Assembly (NCBI GenBank): GCA_963812675.1
Contig: CAWEWR010000006.1
Span: 284,723 to 348,722 of the forward strand
Length of the DNA: 64,000 bases
From: an uncultured Alphaproteobacteria bacterium
GTDB lineage: Bacteria; Pseudomonadota; Alphaproteobacteria; ATCC43930; CGMCC-115725
Direction of reading: 5' to 3'
Position 1 is the stretch's first letter, and each line of letters begins with the position of its first letter. Positions 1 through 10,346 of this stretch are shown piece by piece. A model generated the notes under the pieces. The model did not search any database. It was given only the letters and a program-made list of their open reading frames with translations, and was not told where the DNA came from. Made by a program: the position numbers and the translations under genes.

Positions 1-76
1 GGAGCAAGCCGAGACCGGCGAAAGCGAGCATACGCACCGTGTCGATCCTCCAGACGAGAGCCAAGCCTCTATTCCC

Positions 77-1186
77 TCATTGATCGGCGCGAGGCAAGCC
101 GGACTTCGCTCGCGCCGGATTCGGCGGCTGGCTCGCGGCCATCCCCAGGCGCTCGCCATGATATCGGCGAGCCCAGATTCCCTCCCACCACCAGCGGTTC
201 TCGAGATACCACGCGACGGTCTTTCGCAGACCGCTGTCAAAGGTTTCGCGGGGTGTCCAGCGCAGCTCGCGGCCGATCTTAGTGATGTCCATTGCGTAGC
301 GCCGGTCATGTCCGGGCCGGTCCGCGACAAACGTGATCAGCTGCTCATGCGGCCGATGCGCGGAACCCGGCAGCATTTCGTCGAGCAATCGGCAGATCGA
401 CGTGACAACATCTAGATTGGTCCGCTCGGCATTTCCGCCGACATTGTAGCACTCGCCCACCTTGCCCTCGCTGAGGATCTTGAACAGCGCACGGGCGTGG
501 TCCTCGACATAGAGCCAGTCGCGGACGTTGTCGCCCGCGCCGTAGACCGGGATCGGCTCGGCATGCAGCGCTTTCAGAATGGCGAGCGGGATCAGCTTTT
601 CCGGAAAATGGTAGGGACCGTAATTATTTGAGCAATTGCTGACCACGGTCGGCAACCCGAAGGTCTCGCGCCAGGCGCGAACCAGGTGGTCGGAAGCCGC
701 TTTTGACGCCGAGTAAGGCGAGTTCGGCCGATAGGCTGTGGTTTCGGTGAATTTGCCCTCGGGCCCCAGCGAACCGAAGACTTCGTCGGTCGAGACGTGG
801 TGAAAGCGGAACCGTTTGGCACGCTTTGCCGGAAGCTGTTGCCAGTAGGTGAGCGCGGTTTCCAACAGGACATAGGTCCCCTCGATATTGGTCGCGATGA
901 ACGCCGCCGGACCGTCGATCGAGCGGTCGACATGCGATTCTGCGGCGAGGTGGAGGACCGCATCGGGGTCGAATTTTCGAAATATGTCGGAAATCGCCTG
1001 CCGGTCGCAGATGTCGGCGCGGCGAAAGGCATAACGGGGATCGCCCTCGATCGCGCGCAGAGACGTCAAATTCGCCGCATAGGTCAGCTTGTCGACATTG
1101 AGAACGGTGGCGTCAAATTCGCCGACCAGCAGCCGGCAAACCGCCGAACCGATAAACCCGGCGCCGCCGGTGACCAACACTCTCAT
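77..1186 (-). CDS. rfbB: dTDP-glucose 4,6-dehydratase
   Basis: Start taken at [14 protein letters not shown] (Rossmann GxxGxxG). Catalytic YxxxK in [11 protein letters not shown], plus HVSTDEVFG. Length about 369 aa fits RfbB. Confidence 0.9.
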   Translation of the reverse strand: MRVLVTGGAGFIGSAVCRLLVGEFDATVLNVDKLTYAANLTSLRAIEGDPRYAFRRADICDRQAISDIFRKFDPDAVLHLAAESHVDRSIDGPAAFIATNIEGTYVLLETALTYWQQLPAKRAKRFRFHHVSTDEVFGSLGPEGKFTETTAYRPNSPYSASKAASDHLVRAWRETFGLPTVVSNCSNNYGPYHFPEKLIPLAILKALHAEPIPVYGAGDNVRDWLYVEDHARALFKILSEGKVGECYNVGGNAERTNLDVVTSICRLLDEMLPGSAHRPHEQLITFVADRPGHDRRYAMDITKIGRELRWTPRETFDSGLRKTVAWYLENRWWWEGIWARRYHGERLGMAASQPPNPARAKSGLPRADQ

Positions 1187-1373
1187 CGCCAATTCCGAAT
1201 CCCTACAACTCATCCAGTAACGGCTCCGCCCGCCTTACCCCAGGGTTGAGCCCCCTGCATCGGAGACCTGCGCAGATCGGTCTAGGATGCCGTTGCGCCG
1301 CTCCGGTAGATTGATGTGGGGAAGCTATAGTCGATCGACCCGGCCCGGGTCCAATCTCATTGGAGGGTGCGTT

Positions 1374-2522
1374 ATGCAATACCAGCGAATATCGGCCGAT
1401 TGTCATCTCGACATGCTCTGGTTGCCGCCCGAGCTGTTCACGTCGAACGCGTCGAGCAAACTCAGGGACCTGATGCCCTACGTCGCCGAGAATTCGGACG
1501 GGGTGAAGCGCTGGACCGACAATAACGGTGCCGAGTACGGCCTGTGCGGTGGCGTCGGCGCGACCGGCACGCCGTGGGTTCCGGGCAAGCAATTGCGCGC
1601 CGACAAGATGGCCGAGGCCGGTCTGTACAATGACTATTTCGAAAAGGGGCTGCGGCGGCCGGGCGACCCGCATCTGCGGGTCAAGGACATGGACCGCGAC
1701 GGCGTCGACGCCGAGGTCATCTACGGCATCCTGGCCGCCTGCGCCAAGATGAAGGACCCGGAAGCGGCCGACGAGATGCTGCGCATCTACAACGACTTCA
1801 TGCACAATTTCAGCAGCTACTATCCCGACCGCATGATCGGTCTGGCCTGCCTGCCCTACAACAACATCGAGGGTGCCGCTCGGGAAGTCCGCCGCGTTGC
1901 CAAATTGGGCATGAAGGGCGTCGAGCTGTCCTGCTCCTGGCACATGACGCCGATGTGGCACCCGATGTGGGACCCACTGTGGGAGGCGGTCAACGAGACG
2001 CAGCTGCCGCTGCACTTCCACACCTTCCCGGCGACCGACCCCGAATTGCGCAAGTCCCTGGACCCGGCCATCGCCCGTCGCATGACCTATAGCGGGCTGT
2101 GCCGGTTCCAGATGACCCTGGCGACGATCCTGACCGATTTGATGGGTGCGGCAGTGTTCGAGCGCTTCCCGAACATCCGCGTCGTGTTTGGCGAGAGCGG
2201 CATCGGCTGGATCCCCTACGTCATCGACCGGATGGATTTCGAGTACAAGGACCAGTACCAGGATCTGAAGCTCAAGAAATTGCCGAGCGAATACTGGCGC
2301 AACCAGTGCAGGGCGACGTTCCAATACGACCGCGTCGGCACCAAGCTGATCGAAGACATGGGGGTCGAGACCTTGATGTGGGGCTCGGACTTCCCGCATC
2401 CCGACGGCGTGTGGCCGGAGTCGAAGAAGTACATCGACGAGCAGTTCGCGCATCTGCCGGCCGAAGTCACCTACAGGATGACTTGCGAGAACGCCGGCAA
2501 GTTCTACGGCCTGATGAACTAA
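1374..2522 (+). CDS. amidohydrolase-2 family metal-dependent hydrolase (ACMSD-like)
   Basis: ATG at 1374 preceded by GGAGGG. N-terminal ISADCHLD and C-terminal MWGSDFPHPDG motifs are typical of the family. Paralogue of 9149..10276. Confidence 0.75.
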   Translation: MQYQRISADCHLDMLWLPPELFTSNASSKLRDLMPYVAENSDGVKRWTDNNGAEYGLCGGVGATGTPWVPGKQLRADKMAEAGLYNDYFEKGLRRPGDPHLRVKDMDRDGVDAEVIYGILAACAKMKDPEAADEMLRIYNDFMHNFSSYYPDRMIGLACLPYNNIEGAAREVRRVAKLGMKGVELSCSWHMTPMWHPMWDPLWEAVNETQLPLHFHTFPATDPELRKSLDPAIARRMTYSGLCRFQMTLATILTDLMGAAVFERFPNIRVVFGESGIGWIPYVIDRMDFEYKDQYQDLKLKKLPSEYWRNQCRATFQYDRVGTKLIEDMGVETLMWGSDFPHPDGVWPESKKYIDEQFAHLPAEVTYRMTCENAGKFYGLMN

Positions 2523-2530
2523 CCGCTACG

Positions 2531-2561
2531 ACGGGGTGCGGCATGACCCGCCGCACCCCGT
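2531..2561. terminator. perfect 12-bp stem / 7-nt loop hairpin between convergent genes
   Basis: acggggtgcggc-atgaccc-gccgcaccccgt lies between the amidohydrolase stop (2522) and the MFS stop (2655). There is no T-run, so terminator function is uncertain. Confidence 0.4.
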
Positions 2562-2654
2562 CCATTGGGGCCGAGTGCTTTTCGCGTACCCGGGCCTCTG
2601 TCCGGCACTTGCTCCACGTGTATTGCAGGACCGCTGCTGCCATTCGGCATAGTC

Positions 2655-4202
2655 CTAAGTTCCACTCCGCAATCGCGACGGCGCTCGGACCAGCAGGACC
2701 AGCATCGAAAGGGCCACCAACCCGCCGATCAGCAGCCACGCGTCGTTGAAGGCGGCGACGAGGCCGGCGCGCTCGACCAACGGCGCCACCAATGCCCGCG
2801 TCGCTTCGTCTACCTCGCCGATCGGCACGTCCGTGAAACGCTCTGTCGGCAGGCCGACCAGACGGGCGGCCGACGGATCGCCGGCCTGGAGACGCACGAC
2901 CAGTGACGCGATATGGGCCGGCGTGCGCTGTTGGAGCACGGTGTCGATCAGCGCCAAGCCGATCGCCCCGCCGAGATTGCGCATCAGGTTGAACAAGCCA
3001 CTCGCATTTGGGACACGCAGCGGGTCGAAGCCGCTCAATGCCAGCGCTGTGGACGGCAACAAGCACAGCATGATGGCTGCGCCGCGGAGGAGCTGCTGCC
3101 AGAACAATCCCCAGAAATCGGTCTCGAAGGTCATGAAGCCGTTGCCGACCAGGCCGACAGCGAGCAATGCATAACCAGCGGCGATCAGCAGCCGAGGCTC
3201 GACGCGCCGTTCGAGGATCGTGGCGACCGGCGCCATTACCAGCTGGGCCGCGCCGGTCACCATCATGATCTCGCCGATCGCCAGCGCGTCATAATTGCGG
3301 ATGAGACCGAGATACACCGGCAACAGATAAGTTGCCCCGTAGAGGCCGATGCCGAGAACAAAGCTGAAGCAGCACCCGGCCACAAAATTATGGTCGCGGA
3401 ATGCGACCAGATCGATCAGCGGCGCCGAATGGCGTAAACAGCGCCAGATCACACCACCGGCGCAGAAGAAGCAAATACCTGCGAGCAGCAGTGCTTCCGG
3501 GCTGCCCCAGCCGCGATGGGGAGCTTCCTTGAGCACCAGTAGCAAACTACCGAGAAAGACTGCGAGCAGCGGCAGAGCCAGCAGATCGACCGAGCCGAGG
3601 CGGCGCCAGTCGGGGCGATCGATGTTGACGGCCCAGGCGACCAACAGCGCGACGACTATTCCCGACGGCACATTGATCAGAAATAGCCAATGCCATGAAT
3701 AACGGTCGGTGATGAAGCCGCCAACGGCTGGTCCGAGAGTGGGCGCCAGCATTGCCAACAGGCCCGCGACGAAGGTCGCGCGGCTGCGCCCGAGCCCCTG
3801 GAACATCAGGAAGATCGCCGAGAAAACGAACGGGATCAAAGCTCCGCCGCAGAACCCCTGCAGCACCCGCGCCGGGATCAGTGACCAGAAGCTGTTCGAC
3901 GCGGCGCAGGCCAGGCTGGCGGCGGTGAAGCCGCAAATACAGGCGAGAAAGGCGCCGCGCGTCGACATGACGCGGGTCAGCGAGCCGGTCAGTGGGATGG
4001 CGACGACCTCCGCGATCAGATACGCGGTCTGCACCCAGCTCAATTGATCCAGCGCAATGCCGAGTCCGGCTTGAATATCGGGCAGCGAGCTCGCGACGAT
4101 CTGGATATCGAGGATCGCCATGAACATGCCGATGCTCATGGCGGTGAACCCGACCCACCTCTTGGCCCCGGCGGTGCCTTCCGGTCTCAGGAGCAAAGCC
4201 AC
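2655..4202 (-). CDS. MFS transporter, DHA2 (EmrB/QacA-like) drug/metabolite exporter
   Basis: About 14 hydrophobic segments and an N-terminal FMAILDIQIVASSLPDI motif. Start uncertain: GTG 4202 or ATG 4139. The long 4340 start would overlap the upstream gene by 113 nt. Confidence 0.8.
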   Translation of the reverse strand: MALLLRPEGTAGAKRWVGFTAMSIGMFMAILDIQIVASSLPDIQAGLGIALDQLSWVQTAYLIAEVVAIPLTGSLTRVMSTRGAFLACICGFTAASLACAASNSFWSLIPARVLQGFCGGALIPFVFSAIFLMFQGLGRSRATFVAGLLAMLAPTLGPAVGGFITDRYSWHWLFLINVPSGIVVALLVAWAVNIDRPDWRRLGSVDLLALPLLAVFLGSLLLVLKEAPHRGWGSPEALLLAGICFFCAGGVIWRCLRHSAPLIDLVAFRDHNFVAGCCFSFVLGIGLYGATYLLPVYLGLIRNYDALAIGEIMMVTGAAQLVMAPVATILERRVEPRLLIAAGYALLAVGLVGNGFMTFETDFWGLFWQQLLRGAAIMLCLLPSTALALSGFDPLRVPNASGLFNLMRNLGGAIGLALIDTVLQQRTPAHIASLVVRLQAGDPSAARLVGLPTERFTDVPIGEVDEATRALVAPLVERAGLVAAFNDAWLLIGGLVALSMLVLLVRAPSRLRSGT

Positions 4203-4227
4203 CAGCGGAATCTTCGCGTCGCGGCTC

Positions 4228-4728
4228 TTACACAGCGCGCCGCGGCGCCAGAACGCGCTCCTCAATGCGAATGCGTCGAGCGAGCAGCGCCAGATTGAGC
4301 ACCGAGAACGTCGCGGCCACCGCGACGGCGCCAAAAGCAAGGGGCAACACGGCGATCTCAGCGGCGACCAGCAGATAATTCGGGTGTCGTAGATACCGAA
4401 ATGGGCCGGTTTGCACGAGGGGTGTGTCGTGTAGCGTGATGATGCGCGTCGTCCAGTAGCGGCCCAAGCTCGCGATGACCCAGATCCGGACCGCTTGGAG
4501 CACGGCGAATAGGCCGATCAGCAGCCAGTCGGGCGGGGTTGCAGCCGGCACGAATAAGGCAAGGCTCATAAGCCAGCCGGCATGCAACAACACGAAGAGC
4601 GGGTAAGCTGCGGCATCTGCCTCCACGGCGCCCAGCCGGCGCAGCCGGGCGGTATTGCGTCGCGCGTGGGCAAGCTCGATGAGCCGCTGCAATGCGACCA
4701 GACCGAGCGTCCAGTAGAGCGCAGTCAC
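4228..4728 (-). CDS. isoprenylcysteine carboxyl methyltransferase (ICMT) family membrane methyltransferase
   Basis: C-terminal GPFRYLRHPNYLLVAAEIAVLPLAFG motif on a multi-TM protein. The GTG at 4728 overlaps the PKS stop as GTGA. Confidence 0.75.
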   Translation of the reverse strand: MTALYWTLGLVALQRLIELAHARRNTARLRRLGAVEADAAAYPLFVLLHAGWLMSLALFVPAATPPDWLLIGLFAVLQAVRIWVIASLGRYWTTRIITLHDTPLVQTGPFRYLRHPNYLLVAAEIAVLPLAFGAVAVAATFSVLNLALLARRIRIEERVLAPRRAV

Positions 4729-5783
4729 CGGTTGTCGATAACGAGAAAGCCTGCGGTGAAGCCTGGCCCGAGGGCATTCATCAGCCCATGCTCCCACCGT
4801 GCCCCGGTAGCCCGCGCCTTGGCGAGCATCCGTTCGAGCACAAACATCACAGTCGTCGCCGACATGTTGCCATAGTCGCGCAACACTGCCCGCGCCTCGA
4901 CCAGCGCGCCCTGCGCCAGGCCGAAGGCGTGCTCCAGCGCCTCGATCACCTTGGCGCCTCCGGGGTGACAGAAAAAACAGTCAATATCGTCGATCGCAAG
5001 TCCATGACGGGCGAGGAACTCCGATGCGGCATCTTGCAGTTGCGTCGTGACTAGCTTTGGAATGTCCCGGGAGAAGATCGCTCTGAGGCCATCATCGGCG
5101 ACCTCCCAGCCCATCACGTCGAGGCTGCCGGGCCAGGTGTGCTCGCCGGCGGCGGCCAGGGCCGGGCCCTCGCCTTCAGTCGACAGAAGCGCGGCCGCGG
5201 CCCCGTCGCCGAACAGAGCCGTCGCGACAATATTGCTCTTCGACCAATCGTCGCGCCGGAACGACAACGCGCATAGTTCGACGACCAAGAAGAGCACCGT
5301 CTTGCCGGGGGCGACGGCGGCCTGGCTGGCGGCGCGGGCAAGCCCGAGGACGCCGCCGGCGCAACCGAGCCCAAAGATCGGCAAGCGCTGCACCGTGCTC
5401 CTCAGCCCCATTCGTTCGATCAGCAGCGCATCGAGGCTGGGCGTTGCGATGCCCGTGGTCGAAACGACGACTATGCTGTCGATGTCGTCCTTATGCCGCC
5501 CGGTTGAGCAGAGCACCTGCTCGGTTGCCGCCTCGAGCAGGTCGAGCGCGGAGGCGAGGTAAATGCGGTTGCGCTCGGGCCAGCCATGCGCCCGGTCGTA
5601 CCATTCGAGCGGCACGCAGGAGTATCGCCTCTGTATTCCTGTGTTGAGGAACATTGGCAGCAGGCGATCGAGGTCCGGCGCGCGCCCGAACAAAAGTTTC
5701 ACGCGTTCGATCACGTCGTTCTGGTCGAGCGGGTATGGAGGAACCGCGGTCGCGACGGCGAATAGACGCGGGACAGCAGGCAT
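4725..5783 (-). CDS. type III polyketide synthase (chalcone/stilbene synthase family)
   Basis: Cys-His-Asn triad contexts are present: GLGCAGG, FFCHPGGAKV and YGNMSATTV. Start taken at MPAVPRLF, giving about 352 aa. Confidence 0.85.
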   Translation of the reverse strand: MPAVPRLFAVATAVPPYPLDQNDVIERVKLLFGRAPDLDRLLPMFLNTGIQRRYSCVPLEWYDRAHGWPERNRIYLASALDLLEAATEQVLCSTGRHKDDIDSIVVVSTTGIATPSLDALLIERMGLRSTVQRLPIFGLGCAGGVLGLARAASQAAVAPGKTVLFLVVELCALSFRRDDWSKSNIVATALFGDGAAAALLSTEGEGPALAAAGEHTWPGSLDVMGWEVADDGLRAIFSRDIPKLVTTQLQDAASEFLARHGLAIDDIDCFFCHPGGAKVIEALEHAFGLAQGALVEARAVLRDYGNMSATTVMFVLERMLAKARATGARWEHGLMNALGPGFTAGFLVIDNR

Positions 5784-6077
5784 TGAGCGCACCTTACCCC
5801 CCGAGAAGGCTCCTCGCAATGCGCAGCGCAAAGCGACATTGTACACTTGGCGGTTTTGTCGCGGCCGCGATCCAGCGGGACGGATAGAAACGAGAAATCG
5901 TTCGTCACCGGTGCGCACCGCGATCGGCGGGATACCCGACCGCACCCCGACCGAGCCGCCAAACGAAGACAAGCCCTTGCAAGCGCGCGAACGACCGTCC
6001 ATGGAATTGGGGTCGCGATCTGAGCAGCCTTCGGCGGCGGAGCCGCGGTGCAGAAGGTTATCTCATCGGAGTCGGCG

Positions 6078-7292
6078 ATGTGGGGTCTGTCCGGCGTGTT
6101 GCTGACAAGTAGGCGCGTCATCGTCTGTGGCGCCGTCCTGCTCGTCCTTCAGGCTCTTGCGCTAGCGTATCTAGTCGCCGGAACCTATGGGGTCGTGACG
6201 CGATATGGCCCGACCACCGTTTCTTTTGTCGGCTTCTACGCTGCCGGAAAGCTGGCCGTTGATGGGCACGCCCAATTCGCCTATGACAATGTATTCGACT
6301 ACGATGTGGAAGAATCCATCACCCAAAAGGGCGTTCATTACTTACCATTTCTTTATCCGCCGGTCTATCTGCTCCTTTGTGCGCCGCTCGCATTCCTGCC
6401 ATTTCTGCCTGCCTTCATTTTATTCGTGGTGACGACACTGGCAATCTATCTAGTCGTAGTGCGACGGATCCTTGATGTGCGGGGGGGTGCCTGGTTGCTT
6501 CCGGCGCTGGCTTTCCCGCCGACATTTTGGACCGTGGGCTACGGCCAGAACAGCTTCCTGACCGCCGCGTTGTTTGGCGCTGGGACGCTGCTGGTTGATC
6601 GGCGACCTGTGGCGGCCGGGGTGCTGTTCGGCATGCTGTGCTACAAGCCGCATTTTGCGCTGTTGGTTCCTGTTGCCCTTCTCGCCGGCAGACGCTGGTC
6701 CGCGATCGTTGCGGCCGCCGTCACGATGATCATGGCGTTTGGACTTTCGGTTACGCTGTTCGGTTGGGAAACATGGCAGGGATATTTTCGGGCTTTCTTC
6801 GGATCAGCAAGCACCTACGAGTTCGAAATTACGAGCTTCAACATATTTGCTTCAATAAGTCCTTTTGCGGCAGCTCGCCTGCTTGGGTTGTCCATCGGGC
6901 ATGCGCGTATCGTACAATTGGCCGCGACATTACTTACCATACTTCTGGTAGGTTGGGTCTGGAGCACAAATGCTACCCGCACCAGCCGGGCAGCTGTTCT
7001 CACAGCAGGAACCTTGATCGCAGTGCCCTATGCGCTGTTGTATGACTTGATTATTGCAGCGATAGCCGGCGCATGGCTGATCCGCGCCGGCCGCGATTCC
7101 GGCTTTCTGCGCTGGGAGAAACCCTTGCTTGCGACGGTTTATCTAATGCCGCTATTCGCATTCCAAGCGGGACTAGTGTCGCATCTGCCGTTCGCGCCGC
7201 TCGCCGGCGTTATATTACTGGTGCTTTGTGCATTGCGCGCTTGGCAGGAATATAACTGCGCGAGGTCGCGGTTAGGCCGACGAGATGGCTAA
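6078..7292 (+). CDS. polytopic membrane protein, DUF2029 / GT87-like glycosyltransferase
   Basis: More than 10 TM segments with GT-C-like organisation. ATG 6078 is preceded by GGAG. Family call is from general resemblance only. Confidence 0.55.
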   Translation: MWGLSGVLLTSRRVIVCGAVLLVLQALALAYLVAGTYGVVTRYGPTTVSFVGFYAAGKLAVDGHAQFAYDNVFDYDVEESITQKGVHYLPFLYPPVYLLLCAPLAFLPFLPAFILFVVTTLAIYLVVVRRILDVRGGAWLLPALAFPPTFWTVGYGQNSFLTAALFGAGTLLVDRRPVAAGVLFGMLCYKPHFALLVPVALLAGRRWSAIVAAAVTMIMAFGLSVTLFGWETWQGYFRAFFGSASTYEFEITSFNIFASISPFAAARLLGLSIGHARIVQLAATLLTILLVGWVWSTNATRTSRAAVLTAGTLIAVPYALLYDLIIAAIAGAWLIRAGRDSGFLRWEKPLLATVYLMPLFAFQAGLVSHLPFAPLAGVILLVLCALRAWQEYNCARSRLGRRDG

Positions 7293-7346
7293 CGTATTAT
7301 CGCTACCGCGTTTCCGTCGGTTGCCAGCCGCAAGGCCGTGGGATGA

Positions 7347-7754
7347 TCAGGAAGGATAAGACTGCCGATCGCTCGGTGAGGCGGGGCCCGAACCAACCGG
7401 CTCGGATCTTTCCTCCGCCGACACTTCGGTTTGGAGATCGGCTGTTTGGAGATCGGCCGGGGCGGCGGGGCGCATCGCACGGTGCTGCTGACCTTCATTA
7501 GCAGCGTTCATTACCCGAAAGTAATGCTCGGCATGCTGATAAAGGTTCTCCGCCGCAACTCGGTCGCCACTCGTAGACGCCTCCCGCGCGAGGGTAATGT
7601 AACGTTCGAAGATTTGATGGGGGGTGCCGCGGATTTTGACGTTGGGACCGTTACTATCGAAGCTCTGACTTCGCTGCGGCATCTGTTGCCGATTGCGGTT
7701 GGCATTATTACCGTAATTACGGCCATACGGTCGGCCGGTTTGTCCTGTTCTCAT
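7347..7754 (-). CDS. DUF4167 domain protein
   Basis: N-terminal Arg/Asn/Gln-rich tail, then KIRGTPHQIFERYITLAREASTSGDRVAAENLYQHAEHYFR, the conserved alphaproteobacterial DUF4167 core. Confidence 0.75.
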   Translation of the reverse strand: MRTGQTGRPYGRNYGNNANRNRQQMPQRSQSFDSNGPNVKIRGTPHQIFERYITLAREASTSGDRVAAENLYQHAEHYFRVMNAANEGQQHRAMRPAAPADLQTADLQTEVSAEERSEPVGSGPASPSDRQSYPS

Positions 7755-7974
7755 GATACCTTTTGCACTAATGGTGAAGTTGGGTCGTTATCCAAAGTTC
7801 TCGGAACACGTTCTCAGTCAGGCGCGTTCCGCCGGTTTTCTTTACAGCGCCAACTCTTTCGCGTTCGGCAAGTTAGATGGACTGATCCTCATTTCCAACA
7901 GTTTTTTGACGCAATGCCGGCAGAAACCCGCCTCACTGCCGCCGTCTCACGCAATAGGGCCGTCGGCATGGACA

Positions 7975-8982
7975 TCAGCCGGACAGCGCCTGGGCGAGAA
8001 AAGGCAGGCTCTCGTCCATGCGGTAATCGACACCGCTATGGTTGTCGGAGAACTCCTCGTAACGATGCGCAATGCCGAGCTCGTTCAGCCGCCGCACGAA
8101 CCGGCGGGCGCCGTAGAGCAGATTGAACTGATCCTTCTCGCCGCAGTCGATATAGAGCGCCTTCAGCCTGCGGAGATGGTCCGCCTGTGTGTCGATCGCC
8201 ACAACAGGATCGTGCCGCAACCAGTTCGCCCAGCGTTCCTCGATAACCTCGCAGGTGCCGAACGTGACCGGCAGCCGGATTCCAAGGAATTGGGTGGGAT
8301 CGGGATCGTAGCTGGCTGCCATCGCCAATGCGTTGATCACCTTGAAGGAGCCCTCCGGGTGCTTTTTGGCTGCTTCGAGCTGCTGCCACCATTTCTCGAT
8401 GGAGTTCTCGGTCCCGGCAAGTGCGCGCAGGACCGCCGGCATGTCGGGCAGATAGCACAGCTCGAAGCCCATATCGCCGGAATGACAGGCCGCGGCCGAC
8501 CAGATATCGGAGTGGCGCAGCGCGTGCGTAATCGCGCCATACCCGCCGGAGCTCTTGCCGAACACGCCGCGGCGCCCGGCGCCGCCGCAGCCGAAGCGCT
8601 CTTCGATCGCCGGCAGCATTTCATGCAGCAGGAAGTCCTCCCAAGCGCCGATCGACGCGGAGTTGATGTACTGGTTGCCGCCGAGCCGGGTGAAGCAATC
8701 GGGAAAGGCGACGACGACCGGCGGCATCCGCTCCTCGCCGATCAGCCGGTCGAGCCGTTCCGGGAGGTTCTCGCGGAAGCCGACCCAATTGGTATGGGAC
8801 AGCCCGCTGCCCGTGAAGCCGACGAGATCCACCAGCAGGGGCAGTCCTCGTCCGTCGTGCCCCGCCGGGACGTACACATCGACGACCCTCGCCGACGGAT
8901 CACCCAGCATATTGCTCTCGAGGGCTCGGCTTTCGACAGTGAGCCGGCTGACGGAACCGGTCGACCCGAAAAACTTGCGCAT
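7975..8982 (-). CDS. esterase-family alpha/beta hydrolase
   Basis: Nucleophile elbow GKSSGGYG. Overall similarity to putative esterase / enterochelin-esterase-like proteins. Confidence 0.7.
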   Translation of the reverse strand: MRKFFGSTGSVSRLTVESRALESNMLGDPSARVVDVYVPAGHDGRGLPLLVDLVGFTGSGLSHTNWVGFRENLPERLDRLIGEERMPPVVVAFPDCFTRLGGNQYINSASIGAWEDFLLHEMLPAIEERFGCGGAGRRGVFGKSSGGYGAITHALRHSDIWSAAACHSGDMGFELCYLPDMPAVLRALAGTENSIEKWWQQLEAAKKHPEGSFKVINALAMAASYDPDPTQFLGIRLPVTFGTCEVIEERWANWLRHDPVVAIDTQADHLRRLKALYIDCGEKDQFNLLYGARRFVRRLNELGIAHRYEEFSDNHSGVDYRMDESLPFLAQALSG

Positions 8983-9148
8983 CGCGTCCTACCTCCAGCT
9001 TCTGCCGATATCATCCGCGGAAAATTAGCATCAGGATCCACGCTCGGAGGGTGCTAAAAATGACGTCTGCGCTCGCGCCGCGGTCACAAGCCCGATAGTA
9101 TCGCGATGATCGAGGACAACCCGATGCGGGACGCGATGGAGGTGGGTG

Positions 9149-10276
9149 ATGGCTCTTGCTTATAACGTCATCGATGCCGACGGTCATATTCTGGAGCCGC
9201 TCGACCTCTGGGACAAATACATCGATCCCGAATACCGCGAGCGCCGGCCGCGATTTGTCATCGACGAGAACGGCAAAGAGCGCCTCCAGGTCGAGGGCAA
9301 ACTCTTAGGCAATCCGCGGGGGATCGGCAGCCTCGGCTCGGTCGGTGTCCGGCAGGGTGCGGTCAAGCCCGACACCCTCAAATACGCGGAAGGGAAGAAG
9401 GGCGGGTTCGACCCACACGCCCGCATCGTCGACATGGATGCCGACGGCATCGACGCCGCTTTTCTCTACCCGAGCCTCGGCCTGTTCGCGGGCGCCGTCG
9501 AGGATCCCGGCCTCGCCGCCGGGATGTGCCGCGCCTATAACCGCTGGCTCGCCGATTACTGCAAGCCTTATCCCGAGCGCCTCTTCGGGGTCGCGATGCT
9601 GCCGATGCAGTCGGTCGAGCTCGCGATCGAGGAGATGCGCTACGCTCGCCAAGCGCTCGGCATGCGCGGCGGCTTTTTGCGGCCGAACCCGTATCACGGC
9701 AACAAGATGATCAGCGACCCGATCTACGAGCCATTCTGGGCGATGGCCGAGGAGCTCGACTTCTCGATCGGCTTTCACGAGGGCTCGACCACCGCGATGC
9801 CGACGGTCGGCGTCGACCGCTTCGAGAAGGACCGCGCGGCGCGCCACATGATCAGCCACACGATGGAGATGATGCTGGCGGCGATGGCCGTGATTTGGGG
9901 CGGCGTTGTCGATCGTCACCCGCGGCTGCGCGTCGCGTTCCTCGAATCGGGCGGCGGCTGGATCGCACCCTGGCTCGACCGCATGGACCGGCATTTCGAC
10001 GACCACGGTTTCAACGACACCGCCCCGAAGATGCGGCCGAGCGAGCTCTTCCAGCGCAATTGCTGGATCTCGTTCGAACCGGTCGAGAACAGCATCGCCG
10101 TGCTGGCCGACTATATCGGCCCGCACAAGATCATGTGGGCGACCGACTACCCGCACCAGGACGGCTTCTTCCCCGGCGCGCCGCAGATGCTCCGCGACCG
10201 GCTCGGTCCGCTATCCGCCGACGCGAAGCACCAGGTGTTGGCCGGCGGCGCGATGGGCTTTTACGCCCTGCAGTAA
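9149..10276 (+). CDS. amidohydrolase-2 family protein
   Basis: ATG 9149 after GGAGGTG. VIDADGHILEP N-terminus and WATDYPHQDG C-terminal motif. Confidence 0.8.
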   Translation: MALAYNVIDADGHILEPLDLWDKYIDPEYRERRPRFVIDENGKERLQVEGKLLGNPRGIGSLGSVGVRQGAVKPDTLKYAEGKKGGFDPHARIVDMDADGIDAAFLYPSLGLFAGAVEDPGLAAGMCRAYNRWLADYCKPYPERLFGVAMLPMQSVELAIEEMRYARQALGMRGGFLRPNPYHGNKMISDPIYEPFWAMAEELDFSIGFHEGSTTAMPTVGVDRFEKDRAARHMISHTMEMMLAAMAVIWGGVVDRHPRLRVAFLESGGGWIAPWLDRMDRHFDDHGFNDTAPKMRPSELFQRNCWISFEPVENSIAVLADYIGPHKIMWATDYPHQDGFFPGAPQMLRDRLGPLSADAKHQVLAGGAMGFYALQ

Positions 10277-10346
10277 CGCTGCGGCCGGCCGGGTAGCCGC
10301 CATTCCGAACGGGGGGTCCGGCGCAGGGGCGTTGCTAGACCCATGA

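Noticed and set aside
1203-2453. 416-aa ORF on the minus strand opposite the amidohydrolase gene. Similar long antisense or alternate-frame ORFs occur at 7753..9057, 9305..10156, 11958..13049, 13086..14045, 21886..23010, 37821..39191, 38234..40546, 39237..40823, 46973..47842, 48349..49278 and 58593..59870.
   Set aside because: These are typical high-GC shadow ORFs. Their composition is Arg/Ala/Gly/Pro-rich and they have no motifs. Each fully overlaps a gene with strong family signatures on the other strand or frame.
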